Positions 8,360 through 18,767 are shown, counted from the first letter of the stretch. The stretch: 64,000 nucleotides of DNA from a virus (IMGVR_UViG_3300025133_000048:1-64000), one strand, 5' to 3'. Translations and numbers: made by a program. The notes: generated from the letters alone by a model not told the origin.

Positions 8360-8620
8360 ATGAAGATAACAAAAGAAAGGATCAAGCAAATCATAAAGGA
8401 AGAGCTTGATGCCGAGGCATCTGTGGAAACCAAAACCGAAATGGCTAAAAAGTTCAAAGAATTATATACTTTGTTTCCAAGAATAACCGGTTTAGACAAT
8501 GCAGAAATAGTTCTTCTAAACCAGCTGCTCACAGCTGCTTTGAAAGTTGCTAAGGACGGAAACGCCAAAACGGAATTATCTATGGCTCTTGATAAGCTAG
8601 GAGTAGATCTAAATGAATAA
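8360..8620 (+). CDS. Small protein with an MKITKERIKQIIKEEL leader (putative head/internal protein)
   Basis: RBS AAGGAG; the N-terminal motif is typical of hypothetical proteins of large T4-like and jumbo phages. Confidence 0.65.
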   Translation: MKITKERIKQIIKEELDAEASVETKTEMAKKFKELYTLFPRITGLDNAEIVLLNQLLTAALKVAKDGNAKTELSMALDKLGVDLNE

Positions 8621-10142
8621 GAAAGAATTAGCAATCGGTGCAATCAAGCATCCTATAATCCAAAAGCTTTTGGAAACAAAGCTTGCTTCGTCAAGAGAGA
8701 TCGTGAGACTTATTTTGAAAGAAGTTGAAGATAGCTACCTAGAGAAGCTGACGTTGTTTTTTCAAAAGCTTGAAATTGAGGATCTTAAGACTTTTGCTGA
8801 TATTACGCTTGACGACATGAATAATTGGACCTCAGCAGAGGACGATCTATCAGAGGATCAATATAATGTATTGATGGGTATCATAACAAGCAGATTGTCA
8901 CCCTCAGAGGAAGAAGCGGCCACAGAGCCTATTGAAGAGCCATCAGAGGAACCAACAGCTGAGCCCATAATAGCAACAGTGGAAATAGATGAAGAAACTG
9001 CAAACAACTATTCCAATGCATTAGAAGATTTTCAAAGAAAGTTTCTTAATGTAAGGACACTAAGAGAACAAGCAGCAGTGCTTGAGCCTTACTTCAACAT
9101 CATCAAGAAGCTAGCTGGAAAGCTTGAGCCTGAAGAAGCTAAAGCACTTACTAGAACTCTTGAGGAAGAAGAGGGAAGCAAGCTTAATCGTGACATAGTT
9201 AACACTTCTAACATTCTGATTAAGCATATGGACAAGATTGAAGAGGTGCTTCAAGCATTCAAAGAATCTGCTCAAACCGGAACTTTAGGATCAAACAAGC
9301 TTTACTTAAAGTATGGCGAAGGAGATCCAAAGAAGTTTCTTATGAAGTTTCTCAAGATTGTCATTAAAGACATAAACTCATTAGATGAGATGTTTAACCA
9401 AGCTTTGCTATCTGGTGAAGAGAAACCTATTGAGTATGAGTATACTAGTTCAGTGGAAGAATCCCTTAATGAAGAAAAAACAGAGATGTCAACAGATGAA
9501 ATAATTGATTTGGTTCAAGAGGTACACGAGGCGGTATCCGCCGAGGGAGATAGGCTAAAAGCTATTCTATTCAATACTATCTCTGGTGAAAAAAGAGCAG
9601 AAGAAACAATATCAGAAGAAACAGAGACCGGCATATCTGTAAAGGATCAAGCGGAAGCAATTTACAATCAATTGACAAAGATTCAAGGATTCTTTCCCTC
9701 AATCAGCCCATTCAATAACGAGTATGGGTTTGATGAAATAATAGAAAACTTCATTCAAGTAGTTAGAGGTCTTCATGGCTTGATCGCTCAGATCAATCGC
9801 TACTCCAGAACTAATGAAAAGATAACAGAACCTCTTGCTCGCTCTATTCAAGAAAAGATGCAAAACATTAAAAGCTACCTTATGAATGTTTTTGGTGTTT
9901 CAGACATAGCAGAGAAGGCTTCAACTATAGGCTCTCTTAGTGATACTGGTGAAGGAACTGAATATGACTTTGAAGAAGTCCCAACAGTAGAAGTAAGTAC
10001 AGAAGATTATGATCTTGATTTTTCTTACGAGGATGACGAGGATGATGAGATTAAGCTTCACCACCCCTCTAGTCCAGATAGAATATCAGAACAATTAACT
10101 AAAAAACTCAAACCAATCATTGAAAGGATGTTAAATGGCTAA
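8613..10142 (+). CDS. Acidic helical hypothetical protein, possibly head-internal
   Basis: 509 aa, Glu-rich; many (I/L)xE sites; ends EQLTKKLKPIIERML. Confidence 0.6.
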   Translation: MNKKELAIGAIKHPIIQKLLETKLASSREIVRLILKEVEDSYLEKLTLFFQKLEIEDLKTFADITLDDMNNWTSAEDDLSEDQYNVLMGIITSRLSPSEEEAATEPIEEPSEEPTAEPIIATVEIDEETANNYSNALEDFQRKFLNVRTLREQAAVLEPYFNIIKKLAGKLEPEEAKALTRTLEEEEGSKLNRDIVNTSNILIKHMDKIEEVLQAFKESAQTGTLGSNKLYLKYGEGDPKKFLMKFLKIVIKDINSLDEMFNQALLSGEEKPIEYEYTSSVEESLNEEKTEMSTDEIIDLVQEVHEAVSAEGDRLKAILFNTISGEKRAEETISEETETGISVKDQAEAIYNQLTKIQGFFPSISPFNNEYGFDEIIENFIQVVRGLHGLIAQINRYSRTNEKITEPLARSIQEKMQNIKSYLMNVFGVSDIAEKASTIGSLSDTGEGTEYDFEEVPTVEVSTEDYDLDFSYEDDEDDEIKLHHPSSPDRISEQLTKKLKPIIERMLNG

Positions 10143-11466
10143 AAAAAATTATGTGATCGACACGTCGGTCTTTCTATCTGACTCAGGTTGTATTAACAAA
10201 TTTGGTAATGCCGACTTGTTCATAGCGTATAAGGTTCTTGAGGAGATTGATAAGCACAAGAAACGACAGGACTCTGTCGGTTTTCATGCTCGTCAAATCA
10301 TCAAGACTTTGGACGAGCTGCGTGCTAAAGGTTCTCTTGCCAAAGGTGTTCGCCTAGGTAAGGGCAAAGGTATATTCAAGGTAGAAGAGGGAAAGGCGAC
10401 CTTGCCTGATGGTCTTTCAATGAAAGTACCAGACCATCAGATTTTAGCCACTGCACTGTTTGTCAAAGAGGCACATGCCAATCGTAAGACGATTGTTGTA
10501 TCTCGTGACATAAACATGCGAGTTATTGCCGACGCTGTTGGTATCCAAGCAGAAGAATATAAGACCTCTCAGGCAGTTGAAAGTACAGACAAGATTTACA
10601 CAGGATACCAAGAGGTTGTTGTTGATGATGAGCTTGTTGAACAATTTTATGCTGGGGAAGAAATTCGTCTAGATGAAGACCTTTTAAAATCTAAAAAGAT
10701 AAAGTTGTATGCAAATCAATTTATTATGCTGATTTCTTCCTCTAATCCGAAGAAAACTGCACTTGCAAGGTACATAGATAGGGTAAACCCCTTAGAGAAG
10801 ATTAGAGACCGAAAACATGAGACATCTTGGGGAGTTTTACCAAGAAACAAGGAACAAGGCTTCTCTTTTGATCTGCTGTTTGACGATGATATACCGCTCG
10901 TCTCTTTGATTGGAAGAGCAGGCTCTGGAAAAACCCTCATGGCTATTGCTGCTGGAATGGAGCAAACACTTGGCATGCATAATAATAAATACAAAAAACT
11001 TGTTGTGTCAAGACCTGTTCAACCAATGGGAAAAGACATAGGATTCCTGCCGGGAGATCTTAAAGAGAAGATGATGCCATGGTTGATGCCAATTAAGGAC
11101 AACATGGAAATGATCATGGGCCAAGACAAGATTATGTTTGAAGAGTTCATAGAGCAAGGTAAGATTGAAATTGAAGCATTAACCTACATCCGTGGTCGAT
11201 CAATTAATAATGCTTTTATGGTCATTGACGAAGCACAGAATCTAACAGCACATGAAGTAAAGACAATCATTACCAGAATTGGCGAAAACACCAAAGTTGT
11301 CCTAACCGGTGATATAGAACAGATAGATAATGTTTATACAGATGAGACTTCCAACGGTTTAACATACGCCGTTGAGAAATTTAAAGAGCACGATTTGGCA
11401 GGTCATGTTACGTTTATGAAAGGTGAAAGGTCAAGAATCGCGACCTTGGCATCTAAGATACTCTAA
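10135..11466 (+). CDS. phoH: PIN-PhoH (PhoH2/PhoL-type) protein
   Basis: N-terminal PIN (YVIDTSVFL, VLEEIDKHK, VSRDINMR); Walker A GRAGSGKT; IGFLPG; YIRGRS; IDEAQN; GDIEQID. Confidence 0.93.
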   Translation: MAKKNYVIDTSVFLSDSGCINKFGNADLFIAYKVLEEIDKHKKRQDSVGFHARQIIKTLDELRAKGSLAKGVRLGKGKGIFKVEEGKATLPDGLSMKVPDHQILATALFVKEAHANRKTIVVSRDINMRVIADAVGIQAEEYKTSQAVESTDKIYTGYQEVVVDDELVEQFYAGEEIRLDEDLLKSKKIKLYANQFIMLISSSNPKKTALARYIDRVNPLEKIRDRKHETSWGVLPRNKEQGFSFDLLFDDDIPLVSLIGRAGSGKTLMAIAAGMEQTLGMHNNKYKKLVVSRPVQPMGKDIGFLPGDLKEKMMPWLMPIKDNMEMIMGQDKIMFEEFIEQGKIEIEALTYIRGRSINNAFMVIDEAQNLTAHEVKTIITRIGENTKVVLTGDIEQIDNVYTDETSNGLTYAVEKFKEHDLAGHVTFMKGERSRIATLASKIL

Positions 11467-11491
11467 AAGGCCAAGCAGTTTATAATTACCC

Positions 11492-11520
11492 TTGACAATC
11501 TCACGATTACATGTTATATT
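11492..11520 (+). promoter_or_regulatory. sigma70-type promoter
   Basis: TTGACA-17 bp-TATATT preceded by TGT. Confidence 0.75.
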
Positions 11521-11543
11521 AGAAGTATAACATAGGAGTTGAT

Positions 11544-12218
11544 ATGAAATGGGTTTCAAATTCCATTAATGAATCAAAAGCTTTAAAGGATCATTATAAG
11601 TTGTATGGCATAGATATTATAATTAAAGACAGTCTACCTAAACAGATTGACGTTGGTTTTGTTGTGAAATATATCACAACAAGAATTCCACACTTTCTAC
11701 TGTCTGGCATTGATATAATCTACATCGGACAGTTTGACATGCTTATAAATAAAGAAGTAAATGCCCTCTATGAAGATGGTGCCATTTATGTAACTAATGA
11801 CCAACAAGATGAAATGGATATGATTGATGACATTGTACATGAGCTTGCTCATGCTGTTGAAAATACTTATTCCGAAATTATCTATGGAGATGAGCTTTTG
11901 GAAAGAGAGTTTTTATTAAAAAAGCACCAATTGATCAATGTCTTAGCATCCAGTAAACAACCTTCACCACCAGCACAGTTTCGTTTCTCCTTGGGATTTG
12001 ATCAAGAAGTAGACGATTATCTTTATAAGGAATTGGGATATACAGCACTATGGAATTATGTTGTTGGTATTTTTCCATCACCCTATTCAGCTACATCCAT
12101 AAGAGAATATTTTGCTCGTGGGTTTGAAGAATTTTATATAGGAGAGAAAAAGAGCTTGACAAAAAACAATAGTGTGTTATATTCTAAGCTACAAGAACTT
12201 GCTGACTTGGAGGACTAA
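11544..12218 (+). CDS. HExxH zinc-metallopeptidase-like protein
   Basis: VHELAHAVE with downstream EYFARGFE (third-ligand motif of lethal-factor/PPEP-like zincins). Confidence 0.6.
   Translation: MKWVSNSINESKALKDHYKLYGIDIIIKDSLPKQIDVGFVVKYITTRIPHFLLSGIDIIYIGQFDMLINKEVNALYEDGAIYVTNDQQDEMDMIDDIVHELAHAVENTYSEIIYGDELLEREFLLKKHQLINVLASSKQPSPPAQFRFSLGFDQEVDDYLYKELGYTALWNYVVGIFPSPYSATSIREYFARGFEEFYIGEKKSLTKNNSVLYSKLQELADLED
12156..12183 (+). promoter_or_regulatory. sigma70-type promoter inside the 3' end of the upstream gene
   Basis: TTGACA-16 bp-TATATT preceded by TGT; GGAGG RBS before ATG 12218. Confidence 0.65.
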
Positions 12219-12994
12219 TGCATATATCTTTTTCTGAACTTAAAACATGGGCCGAGTGCCCATGGAAACACAATCTTGTTTACATAAACAAGGTAAAGAA
12301 ATTTCTTGGTAATGAATTCACTGCCTTTGGAAGCGCTCTGCACTCTTTGTGTGAAAACGCAATTGTAGAGAGCATTGAAGATGATGAATTTGATGAATAC
12401 TTTGAAACAGCCTTTGAGCAAGAAATCATGAAACTTCTTGTGAAAGAGGTTGAAGTAAATGAAAAGCTTACAAATGATATGTTGTCACAAGCAAAAGGCA
12501 TCACACCAAAGATAATCCCAGAGGTTATAAAATACTTTGAGGACTACGATGTTTTCTCAGTTGAAGAGATGTTGTATGAAGATATACAAGACTTTGAGAC
12601 CGATTACAAATTCAAAGGATACATTGACTTGGTTTTAAAAACCATGGATGGAAAGTACCACATCATTGATTGGAAGACTTGTTCATGGGGCTGGGATGCA
12701 AGAAAGCGCTCTGAAAAACTCGTAACCTATCAGTTGACCTTATATAAGAAATTCTTTTGTCAAAAGCACAACATTGACCCCAAAGATGTTGAAACTCACT
12801 TTGCTCTTCTTAAGAGAACAGCTAAGAAAGATCAAGTTGAAATCTTCAGGGTCACTTCTGGTCCAAAGAAAACTGCAAATGCAACAGATCTTTTAATAAG
12901 AGGTATAAAAACTATCACAAGTGGTTTAAAAATAAAGAACAGAGGTTCTTGTACGTATTGCGAATTTAAGAACACAAAACATTGCCCAAGATAA
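12218..12994 (+). CDS. PD-(D/E)XK Cas4/RecB-like exonuclease with Fe-S cysteines
   Basis: ISFSEL..W.ECP, GSALH, GYIDLV, IIDWKT, QLTLY, C-terminal CTYCEFKNTKHC. Confidence 0.88.
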   Translation: MHISFSELKTWAECPWKHNLVYINKVKKFLGNEFTAFGSALHSLCENAIVESIEDDEFDEYFETAFEQEIMKLLVKEVEVNEKLTNDMLSQAKGITPKIIPEVIKYFEDYDVFSVEEMLYEDIQDFETDYKFKGYIDLVLKTMDGKYHIIDWKTCSWGWDARKRSEKLVTYQLTLYKKFFCQKHNIDPKDVETHFALLKRTAKKDQVEIFRVTSGPKKTANATDLLIRGIKTITSGLKIKNRGSCTYCEFKNTKHCPR

Positions 12995-13000
12995 AAAAAT

Positions 13001-13049
13001 AAAAAAGTTTAACTTTTTTCTTGACAACCTTAATTTAGTATGTTATATT
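13001..13049 (+). promoter_or_regulatory. sigma70-type promoter of the glycan operon with an upstream palindrome
   Basis: AAAAAAGTT-T-AACTTTTTT (13001-13019), then TTGACA(13021)-17 bp-TATATT. Confidence 0.75.
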
Positions 13050-13078
13050 ATAGATAAATAACAACAAGCGAGGTTTAC

Positions 13079-14338
13079 TTGTCAAAGAAAAAGATTTTAA
13101 CACTTTCCGACCATCCTCTATCACCGTCTGGTGTTGGAACCCAAACAAAGTACATTTGTGAGGCTCTTCTCAACACTGGGCGGTATTCTGTTTTGAGCTT
13201 TGGCGGAGCAATGAAACATCAGGATTATAATCCAATCCAAGTTGAGCCTTATGGCGAAGACTGGAGAATTATTCCTGTTGACGGTTATGGAACAGCAGAA
13301 ATGATACGTTCCGTAATCCGAACTGAAAAACCAGACATGATTTGGTTTATGACCGATCCCCGATTCTGGGGATGGCTATGGGAGATTGAAAATGAAATTA
13401 GGCCAATTTGCCCGATGGTATATTACCATGTGTGGGACAACTATCCTTATCCTCATTTCAACCGGAACTATTATTTGTCTAACGACCATGTTGTCACTAT
13501 CTCTAAAGTTACTGATGATATCGTTAGAACAGTAGCACCGGAAGTTGCATGCACTTATATTCCGCATGCAGTTAATCCCGATGTGTTCAAGCCATTGTTG
13601 CCTTCCGAGGTAGCAAAAATACGCGAGGATACTCTTCCGGAAGAAGACCGTGACAAGGTCATTTTCTTTTGGAATAATCGCAATGCTCGCCGCAAGCAAT
13701 CAGGCACACTCATTTGGTGGTTTAAAGAGTGGCTTGATAAAAAGGATTTGCATGATAAAGCACAACTTATTATGCATACCGAACCGAAAGATCCACACGG
13801 TCAGGATCTGGAACACATCATAAACCACCTTGGGTTGGAACAACGTCAGATCCTCCTCTCCACTCAGAAGCTACCTCCCGAACAGCTCGCGGCCTTATAT
13901 AATATGGTAGATTGTACCATTAACATATCTGATGCTGAAGGTTTTGGCTTAGCAACTCTTGAATCGCTTTCCTGCGGCACGCCCATTATCGCCACTATGA
14001 CAGGTGGGCTTCAAGAGCAAGTCACAGACGGTACTGAGTGGTACGGCGTTGGTATCCAACCCTCTTCTAAGTCTATTATTGGATCTCAACAGGTTCCTTA
14101 CATTTATGAAGATAGAATTTCAAAAGCACAGTTCCACTCTGCCTTAACGAAGCTATACTCAATGGGTAATGAAAACCGCAGAGAAATAGGTGCCAAAGGT
14201 CGCCAACATGTACTTGACAATTACAATTTTGTTAATTTTCAAAGATATTGGGTAGATCTTGTTGATGAGGTTCTAGAATCAGGATCTTGGGAAACAAGAA
14301 ATGGTTACAACGGCATTAGATTTAAGGAGATCGCATGA
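13079..14338 (+). CDS. GT-B (GT4 family) glycosyltransferase
   Basis: SDHPLSPSGVGTQ, NRNARRKQ, EGFGLATLESLSCGTPII (EX7E). Confidence 0.9.
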   Translation: MSKKKILTLSDHPLSPSGVGTQTKYICEALLNTGRYSVLSFGGAMKHQDYNPIQVEPYGEDWRIIPVDGYGTAEMIRSVIRTEKPDMIWFMTDPRFWGWLWEIENEIRPICPMVYYHVWDNYPYPHFNRNYYLSNDHVVTISKVTDDIVRTVAPEVACTYIPHAVNPDVFKPLLPSEVAKIREDTLPEEDRDKVIFFWNNRNARRKQSGTLIWWFKEWLDKKDLHDKAQLIMHTEPKDPHGQDLEHIINHLGLEQRQILLSTQKLPPEQLAALYNMVDCTINISDAEGFGLATLESLSCGTPIIATMTGGLQEQVTDGTEWYGVGIQPSSKSIIGSQQVPYIYEDRISKAQFHSALTKLYSMGNENRREIGAKGRQHVLDNYNFVNFQRYWVDLVDEVLESGSWETRNGYNGIRFKEIA

Positions 14339-15579
14339 AAAAGAAAATTTACGTAAGAGGGCCGGTATTATCACAATCCGGATACGGAGAACAAGCAAGG
14401 TTTGCTCTTCGCGCACTAAGAAGCCGAGAAGACCTCTTTGACATTTATGTTCAGCCAATCAACTGGGGCAAAACCGGTTGGATTTGGGAACAAAGTGAAT
14501 TTAGAGAATGGCTCGATGAACGAATAACAGAAACTCAGGTTCAGTTACAGCAAGGATTACTACAACCAGACATTAGTTTGCAAGTTACAATTCCAAATGA
14601 ATTTGAAAAGATTTGTCCTGTAAACATAGGATACACAGCAGGCATTGAAACAACAAAATGCTCCCCACAGTGGCTATTAAAATGTAACGAAATGGATAAG
14701 GTACTTGTGGTGTCAAATCATGCAAGAACATCTATTATTGATACGGTTGCCGATGCAACAAACCAACAGACTGGCGAGGTAGTTCCATACCGATGTGAGA
14801 CTCCATTGGAGGTTGTGTGGGAAAGCACCGTACGATCCGAACCGGAAGAGATTGAAAGTTTTGATTTAGAATTTGAAAACAACTTTCTCATGGTATCTCA
14901 GCTGGGTCCACGAAAGAACTTTGAAAATGCACTAACATGGTGGGTTGAAGAGTTTGTTGATAAAGAGGTTGGCTTAGTCGTTAAGACCAACTTTAAAAGT
15001 AATTGTATTATGGATTTTACGATGGTAGAGGGACATCTTCAAACACTCCTATCTAAATATCCAGATAGAAAATGTAAAGTACATCTCCTCCATGGAGACC
15101 TATCAGCAGGTCAAATGACTTGGTTGTATGGACACCCGAAGGTCAAAGCACTTGTCAATATTTCACATGGCGAGGGTTTTGGCCTTCCTTTGTTTGAAGC
15201 TGCGAGAGAGGGTTTGCCGATTATTGCAACTGGCTGGTCTGGTCAATTGGACTTTCTTCACCATGAAGGGAAGGATTACTTCCAATCGGTTGACTATACA
15301 CTGCAACCAGTACAGAAACAGGCTGTGTGGAAAGGTGTTATCGAACCTGATTCGATGTGGGCATTTGCTGATCAAGGAAGCTACAAGATGACTCTTAGAA
15401 AGACTTTGAAGAACTTGGACGGATGTCAGGAGACTGCTGGAGAATTACAGGCTCTTCTTGTTGATAAGTTTGATGACAATAAGTTGTTTGAAGGGTTTGT
15501 GACATCAATTTATGGTGACGTGATAACTATTGATTCTTGGCTTGAGGAATTGGAGAGCACCATGGTGGAAAATGACTAA
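14335..15579 (+). CDS. GT-B (GT4 family) glycosyltransferase
   Basis: SQSGYG, PRKN, SHGEGFGLPLFEAAREGLPIIATGWSG. Confidence 0.9.
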   Translation: MKKKIYVRGPVLSQSGYGEQARFALRALRSREDLFDIYVQPINWGKTGWIWEQSEFREWLDERITETQVQLQQGLLQPDISLQVTIPNEFEKICPVNIGYTAGIETTKCSPQWLLKCNEMDKVLVVSNHARTSIIDTVADATNQQTGEVVPYRCETPLEVVWESTVRSEPEEIESFDLEFENNFLMVSQLGPRKNFENALTWWVEEFVDKEVGLVVKTNFKSNCIMDFTMVEGHLQTLLSKYPDRKCKVHLLHGDLSAGQMTWLYGHPKVKALVNISHGEGFGLPLFEAAREGLPIIATGWSGQLDFLHHEGKDYFQSVDYTLQPVQKQAVWKGVIEPDSMWAFADQGSYKMTLRKTLKNLDGCQETAGELQALLVDKFDDNKLFEGFVTSIYGDVITIDSWLEELESTMVEND

Positions 15580-16414
15580 TGTCGTGTATCTTTCTGACAC
15601 CCTATTATCAGATGTAGTTGGCGGAGGAGAGTTGAATGATTACGAACTTTGTTTAGAATTAGCAAACAGAGGACTCAATGTTCAAAGGCTTAGAACTTTT
15701 CAAATATTAGAAGACCATACTGATACAGCATGTTTTTATATAATATCAAATTTTGTTATGCTAAACAGCAGGGTTTTAGATAAGATTCAAAACACTTGTG
15801 ATTACATTATATACGAACATGATCACAAGTATTTAAAAAACAGAAACCCAGCAAAATTTAAAAACTACAAGGCACCCCATAACATGATTATCAACCATAA
15901 ATTCTATAAAAATGCCAAGGCAGTGCTTTGCCAAAGCACTTTTCATGAGTCAATAATAAAGAAAAATTTAAATCTTGACAACCTACACAATGTATCAGGT
16001 AATTTATGGTCTCTAGATTCACTAAGAATGATGAAAACGTTAAGCAAAAAGCAAAAAAAAGATTGCTTTTCTATCATGAACTCTCCCATCAGTCACAAGA
16101 ACACAAAAGAGACTTGTTTTTATTGTGATAAAAAAGACTACAAGTATGAATTAATCTCATCAAAAAATTATGAGGAGTTTTTAAGTTTGCTGTCTAATAA
16201 TGAAAAATTTATATTTTTACCAAAAACACCCGAAACCCTGTCTAGAGTTGTAGTTGAAGCAAGAATGATGAACATAAGTGTTACCACAAATAAGAGAGTT
16301 GGCGCCTCTTATGAAGATTGGTTTCAGCTAAAAGGCGAAGAGTTGATTGACCACATGCTCAACAAAAGACAAGAAATAGTGAATAATCTTATGGAGGTAA
16401 TTAATGCAAAATAA
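15572..16414 (+). CDS. Divergent GT-B-like glycosyltransferase
   Basis: GGGELND near the N-terminus, YEHDH, PETLSRVVVEARMM (EX7E-like). Confidence 0.6.
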   Translation: MTNVVYLSDTLLSDVVGGGELNDYELCLELANRGLNVQRLRTFQILEDHTDTACFYIISNFVMLNSRVLDKIQNTCDYIIYEHDHKYLKNRNPAKFKNYKAPHNMIINHKFYKNAKAVLCQSTFHESIIKKNLNLDNLHNVSGNLWSLDSLRMMKTLSKKQKKDCFSIMNSPISHKNTKETCFYCDKKDYKYELISSKNYEEFLSLLSNNEKFIFLPKTPETLSRVVVEARMMNISVTTNKRVGASYEDWFQLKGEELIDHMLNKRQEIVNNLMEVINAK

Positions 16415-17144
16415 ATTTGTTGTGATAATCCCATTTTATAATGTTTCTAAAACTATCAAAAAAACTTTTAATTCTGTGGCTATACAAGATTATGATAATT
16501 ATGAAGCGTATTTTATCGACGATATGAGCACAGATAACTCTAATCATGTTTTAAGCAACTTGATTAGAAATCATTCAAAAATAAATTTAATTAGCAATGT
16601 TGAAAAAAAATACTCTTTAAAAAACATTTATGATACTGTACACAATAAAACATCAGACAACGATATTATTGTTATTTTAGATGGTGATGATTTCTTTTAC
16701 GGAAAGAGCGTATTTTCTATTCTAAATGAACGCTATAATAAGTTTGGCTGTTGGCTTACATATGGAAGCTATATTAATTTATCCACCAAAACAAGAGGAA
16801 AATTTAGCTCTAAAACACCTCAACATATTATTGATTCAAATTCTTTTAGAGAGTACAAATGGAGCACTTCACACCTTAGAACGTTCAAGTCATTTTTGTT
16901 TAAAAGCATAAAACAACATAGTTTAATTAACGAACAAGGAAATTTTTACTCTATTACAGGAGATCTAGCTATTATGTTTCCAATGTTAGAGATGGCTGGT
17001 AATAATAGTTTGTATATAAATGAATTACTTTATGTTTGGAATGATACAAATGTTTTAAATGATCATAAAAAAAATAACAAACTTCAACTAGAGGTTGAAA
17101 AAAAGCTTAGGAGGTCTGCCAAATATGAAAAACTTTTTAAATAG
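16404..17144 (+). CDS. GT2-family glycosyltransferase
   Basis: VIIPFYN, IDDMSTD, LDGDD (DXD). Confidence 0.9.
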   Translation: MQNKFVVIIPFYNVSKTIKKTFNSVAIQDYDNYEAYFIDDMSTDNSNHVLSNLIRNHSKINLISNVEKKYSLKNIYDTVHNKTSDNDIIVILDGDDFFYGKSVFSILNERYNKFGCWLTYGSYINLSTKTRGKFSSKTPQHIIDSNSFREYKWSTSHLRTFKSFLFKSIKQHSLINEQGNFYSITGDLAIMFPMLEMAGNNSLYINELLYVWNDTNVLNDHKKNNKLQLEVEKKLRRSAKYEKLFK

Positions 17145-17985
17145 TGATGAAAAAATATTAATATTTGGAGGAACTGGGTTTTTAGGAAAAGAGTTACTCC
17201 GGATATTATATAAGCAAAATAAAAATATAACCCTGTTTGCTAGAGATGAGGGAAAATTAATTGAATTAAAACAGTCCTTCCCAGAAATTGATATTGTAAC
17301 AGGCGATATTTCAGATAAGTTTGAAGTTTATCAAGCGATGAAAGATAAAAGCTATATTTTTCACTTAGCGGCGTTTAAGCATGTTGGATTAGCAGAAAAA
17401 TATTCTAGAGAATGTATTAAAACAAATCTAATAGGTTCGTTAAATATCTTGGAATGCTCACTAACAACTCTCCCAAATGTTTTAATTACAACGAGCACTG
17501 ACAAGGCTGCACAAATTAATGGAGTGTACGGCGCAACAAAATACTTGGTTGAAGAATTGTTTAAGCAATTTGAAAAAGTGAACACCACAACTCAATACAG
17601 AGTAGTCAGGTACGGTAACGTATTGTATTCAACAGGGTCGGTTCTGTGTAAGTGGAAAAAACTCATAAAAGAAGGAAAAGAAGTGATCATAACAGATCCC
17701 GAAGCTACCAGATTCTTTTGGACTGTATCCGAAGCAGTCAACCTTTTGTTTGAATGTATCGAAAAGTCAAAAGATGCAACGCCTTACTGTCCACATATGA
17801 AGTCTATGTCGATGGGCAATTTGTTGTCCGCAATGATACAGAAGTATGCTAATGATAAAAAAATTATAGTTAAAACAATTGGCCTACAACAGGGAGAAAA
17901 CAAACATGAAAAGATTCTTAAAAATGGTCCATCCTCTGATCAAGTGCAAAAATTTACTGTTGAAGAAATTAAGGAGTTAATATGA
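17125..17985 (+). CDS. UDP-GlcNAc 4,6-dehydratase-like SDR enzyme (PseB/CapD, Polysacc_synt_2 family)
   Basis: GGTGFLG, HLAAFKHV, STDKA, YGATK, RYGNV..S.GSV, TRFF; GGAGG RBS before ATG 17125. Confidence 0.88.
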   Translation: MKNFLNSDEKILIFGGTGFLGKELLRILYKQNKNITLFARDEGKLIELKQSFPEIDIVTGDISDKFEVYQAMKDKSYIFHLAAFKHVGLAEKYSRECIKTNLIGSLNILECSLTTLPNVLITTSTDKAAQINGVYGATKYLVEELFKQFEKVNTTTQYRVVRYGNVLYSTGSVLCKWKKLIKEGKEVIITDPEATRFFWTVSEAVNLLFECIEKSKDATPYCPHMKSMSMGNLLSAMIQKYANDKKIIVKTIGLQQGENKHEKILKNGPSSDQVQKFTVEEIKELI

Positions 17986-18767
17986 CATATAAATCATTTA
18001 AAGGTGAATGGGAGATGTGCCAAGAAGATGGCTTGGAGGATCTATTTCTCAAAGAATGTGAAAAAATCTGTCTTGATGAGAGTAAGTTTGCGAATTTTAA
18101 AAGAAGCCCAATTTTTACAAAAATTATTGGAAACGATGTGAGATCAAAAGACATTAGCGATATTTGGTATGCTTTTTTAAAAAACACAGAAATGATGGAA
18201 AAAATAAAAAAATATAAAACAAATGATATTTTTGGAAACCCAATTTGCTATTATTATCCAAAAACAGGCATTATAAGTCCCGGGACTCTTTATTTTTTAT
18301 CAATCACACATGATATAAATACAAGATTAGTTAACATAAAAAATAAAAAAATTTGTGAAATTGGATCTGGCTATGGTGGGCAATCTAAAATATTTCTTGA
18401 TTATGGATGTAAAGAAGTTGACTTGATAGATAGAAAGCAAACACTAGGATTGGCTAAAAAATATCTAGACATGTTTAAGTATAAAAATACTTGTTTTCAC
18501 CCCACAACTAGCATACCAGAAAAGGAATATGATATAGTCGTTTCGAATTGGTGTGTTTCTGAGCTGGATAAAAAAGGTGCTTCGTTTTATTTAGATAATG
18601 TGATAAAAAAAAGTCAATATGGATATTTCTTGACAAACCACAGAAGTGAAGAAAAAAAAGATTGGTTTATAGGTGAATTAAAAAAAATTTATTCTAATGT
18701 GGTAATAGAAGAAGAGAATCCAAAAACAAATGAGAAAACAAACTATGCAATATTGTGTAAAAAATAA
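17982..18767 (+). CDS. Putative sugar O-methyltransferase (SAM-dependent)
   Basis: ICEIGSGYGG SAM motif; YDIVVSNWCVSEL. Confidence 0.75.
   Translation: MTYKSFKGEWEMCQEDGLEDLFLKECEKICLDESKFANFKRSPIFTKIIGNDVRSKDISDIWYAFLKNTEMMEKIKKYKTNDIFGNPICYYYPKTGIISPGTLYFLSITHDINTRLVNIKNKKICEIGSGYGGQSKIFLDYGCKEVDLIDRKQTLGLAKKYLDMFKYKNTCFHPTTSIPEKEYDIVVSNWCVSELDKKGASFYLDNVIKKSQYGYFLTNHRSEEKKDWFIGELKKIYSNVVIEEENPKTNEKTNYAILCKK

Noticed and set aside
12218-12994. Cas4-like nuclease as evidence of a CRISPR-Cas system
   Set aside because: No repeat-spacer array or other cas genes seen; solo Cas4/RecB-like nucleases are common in phages.
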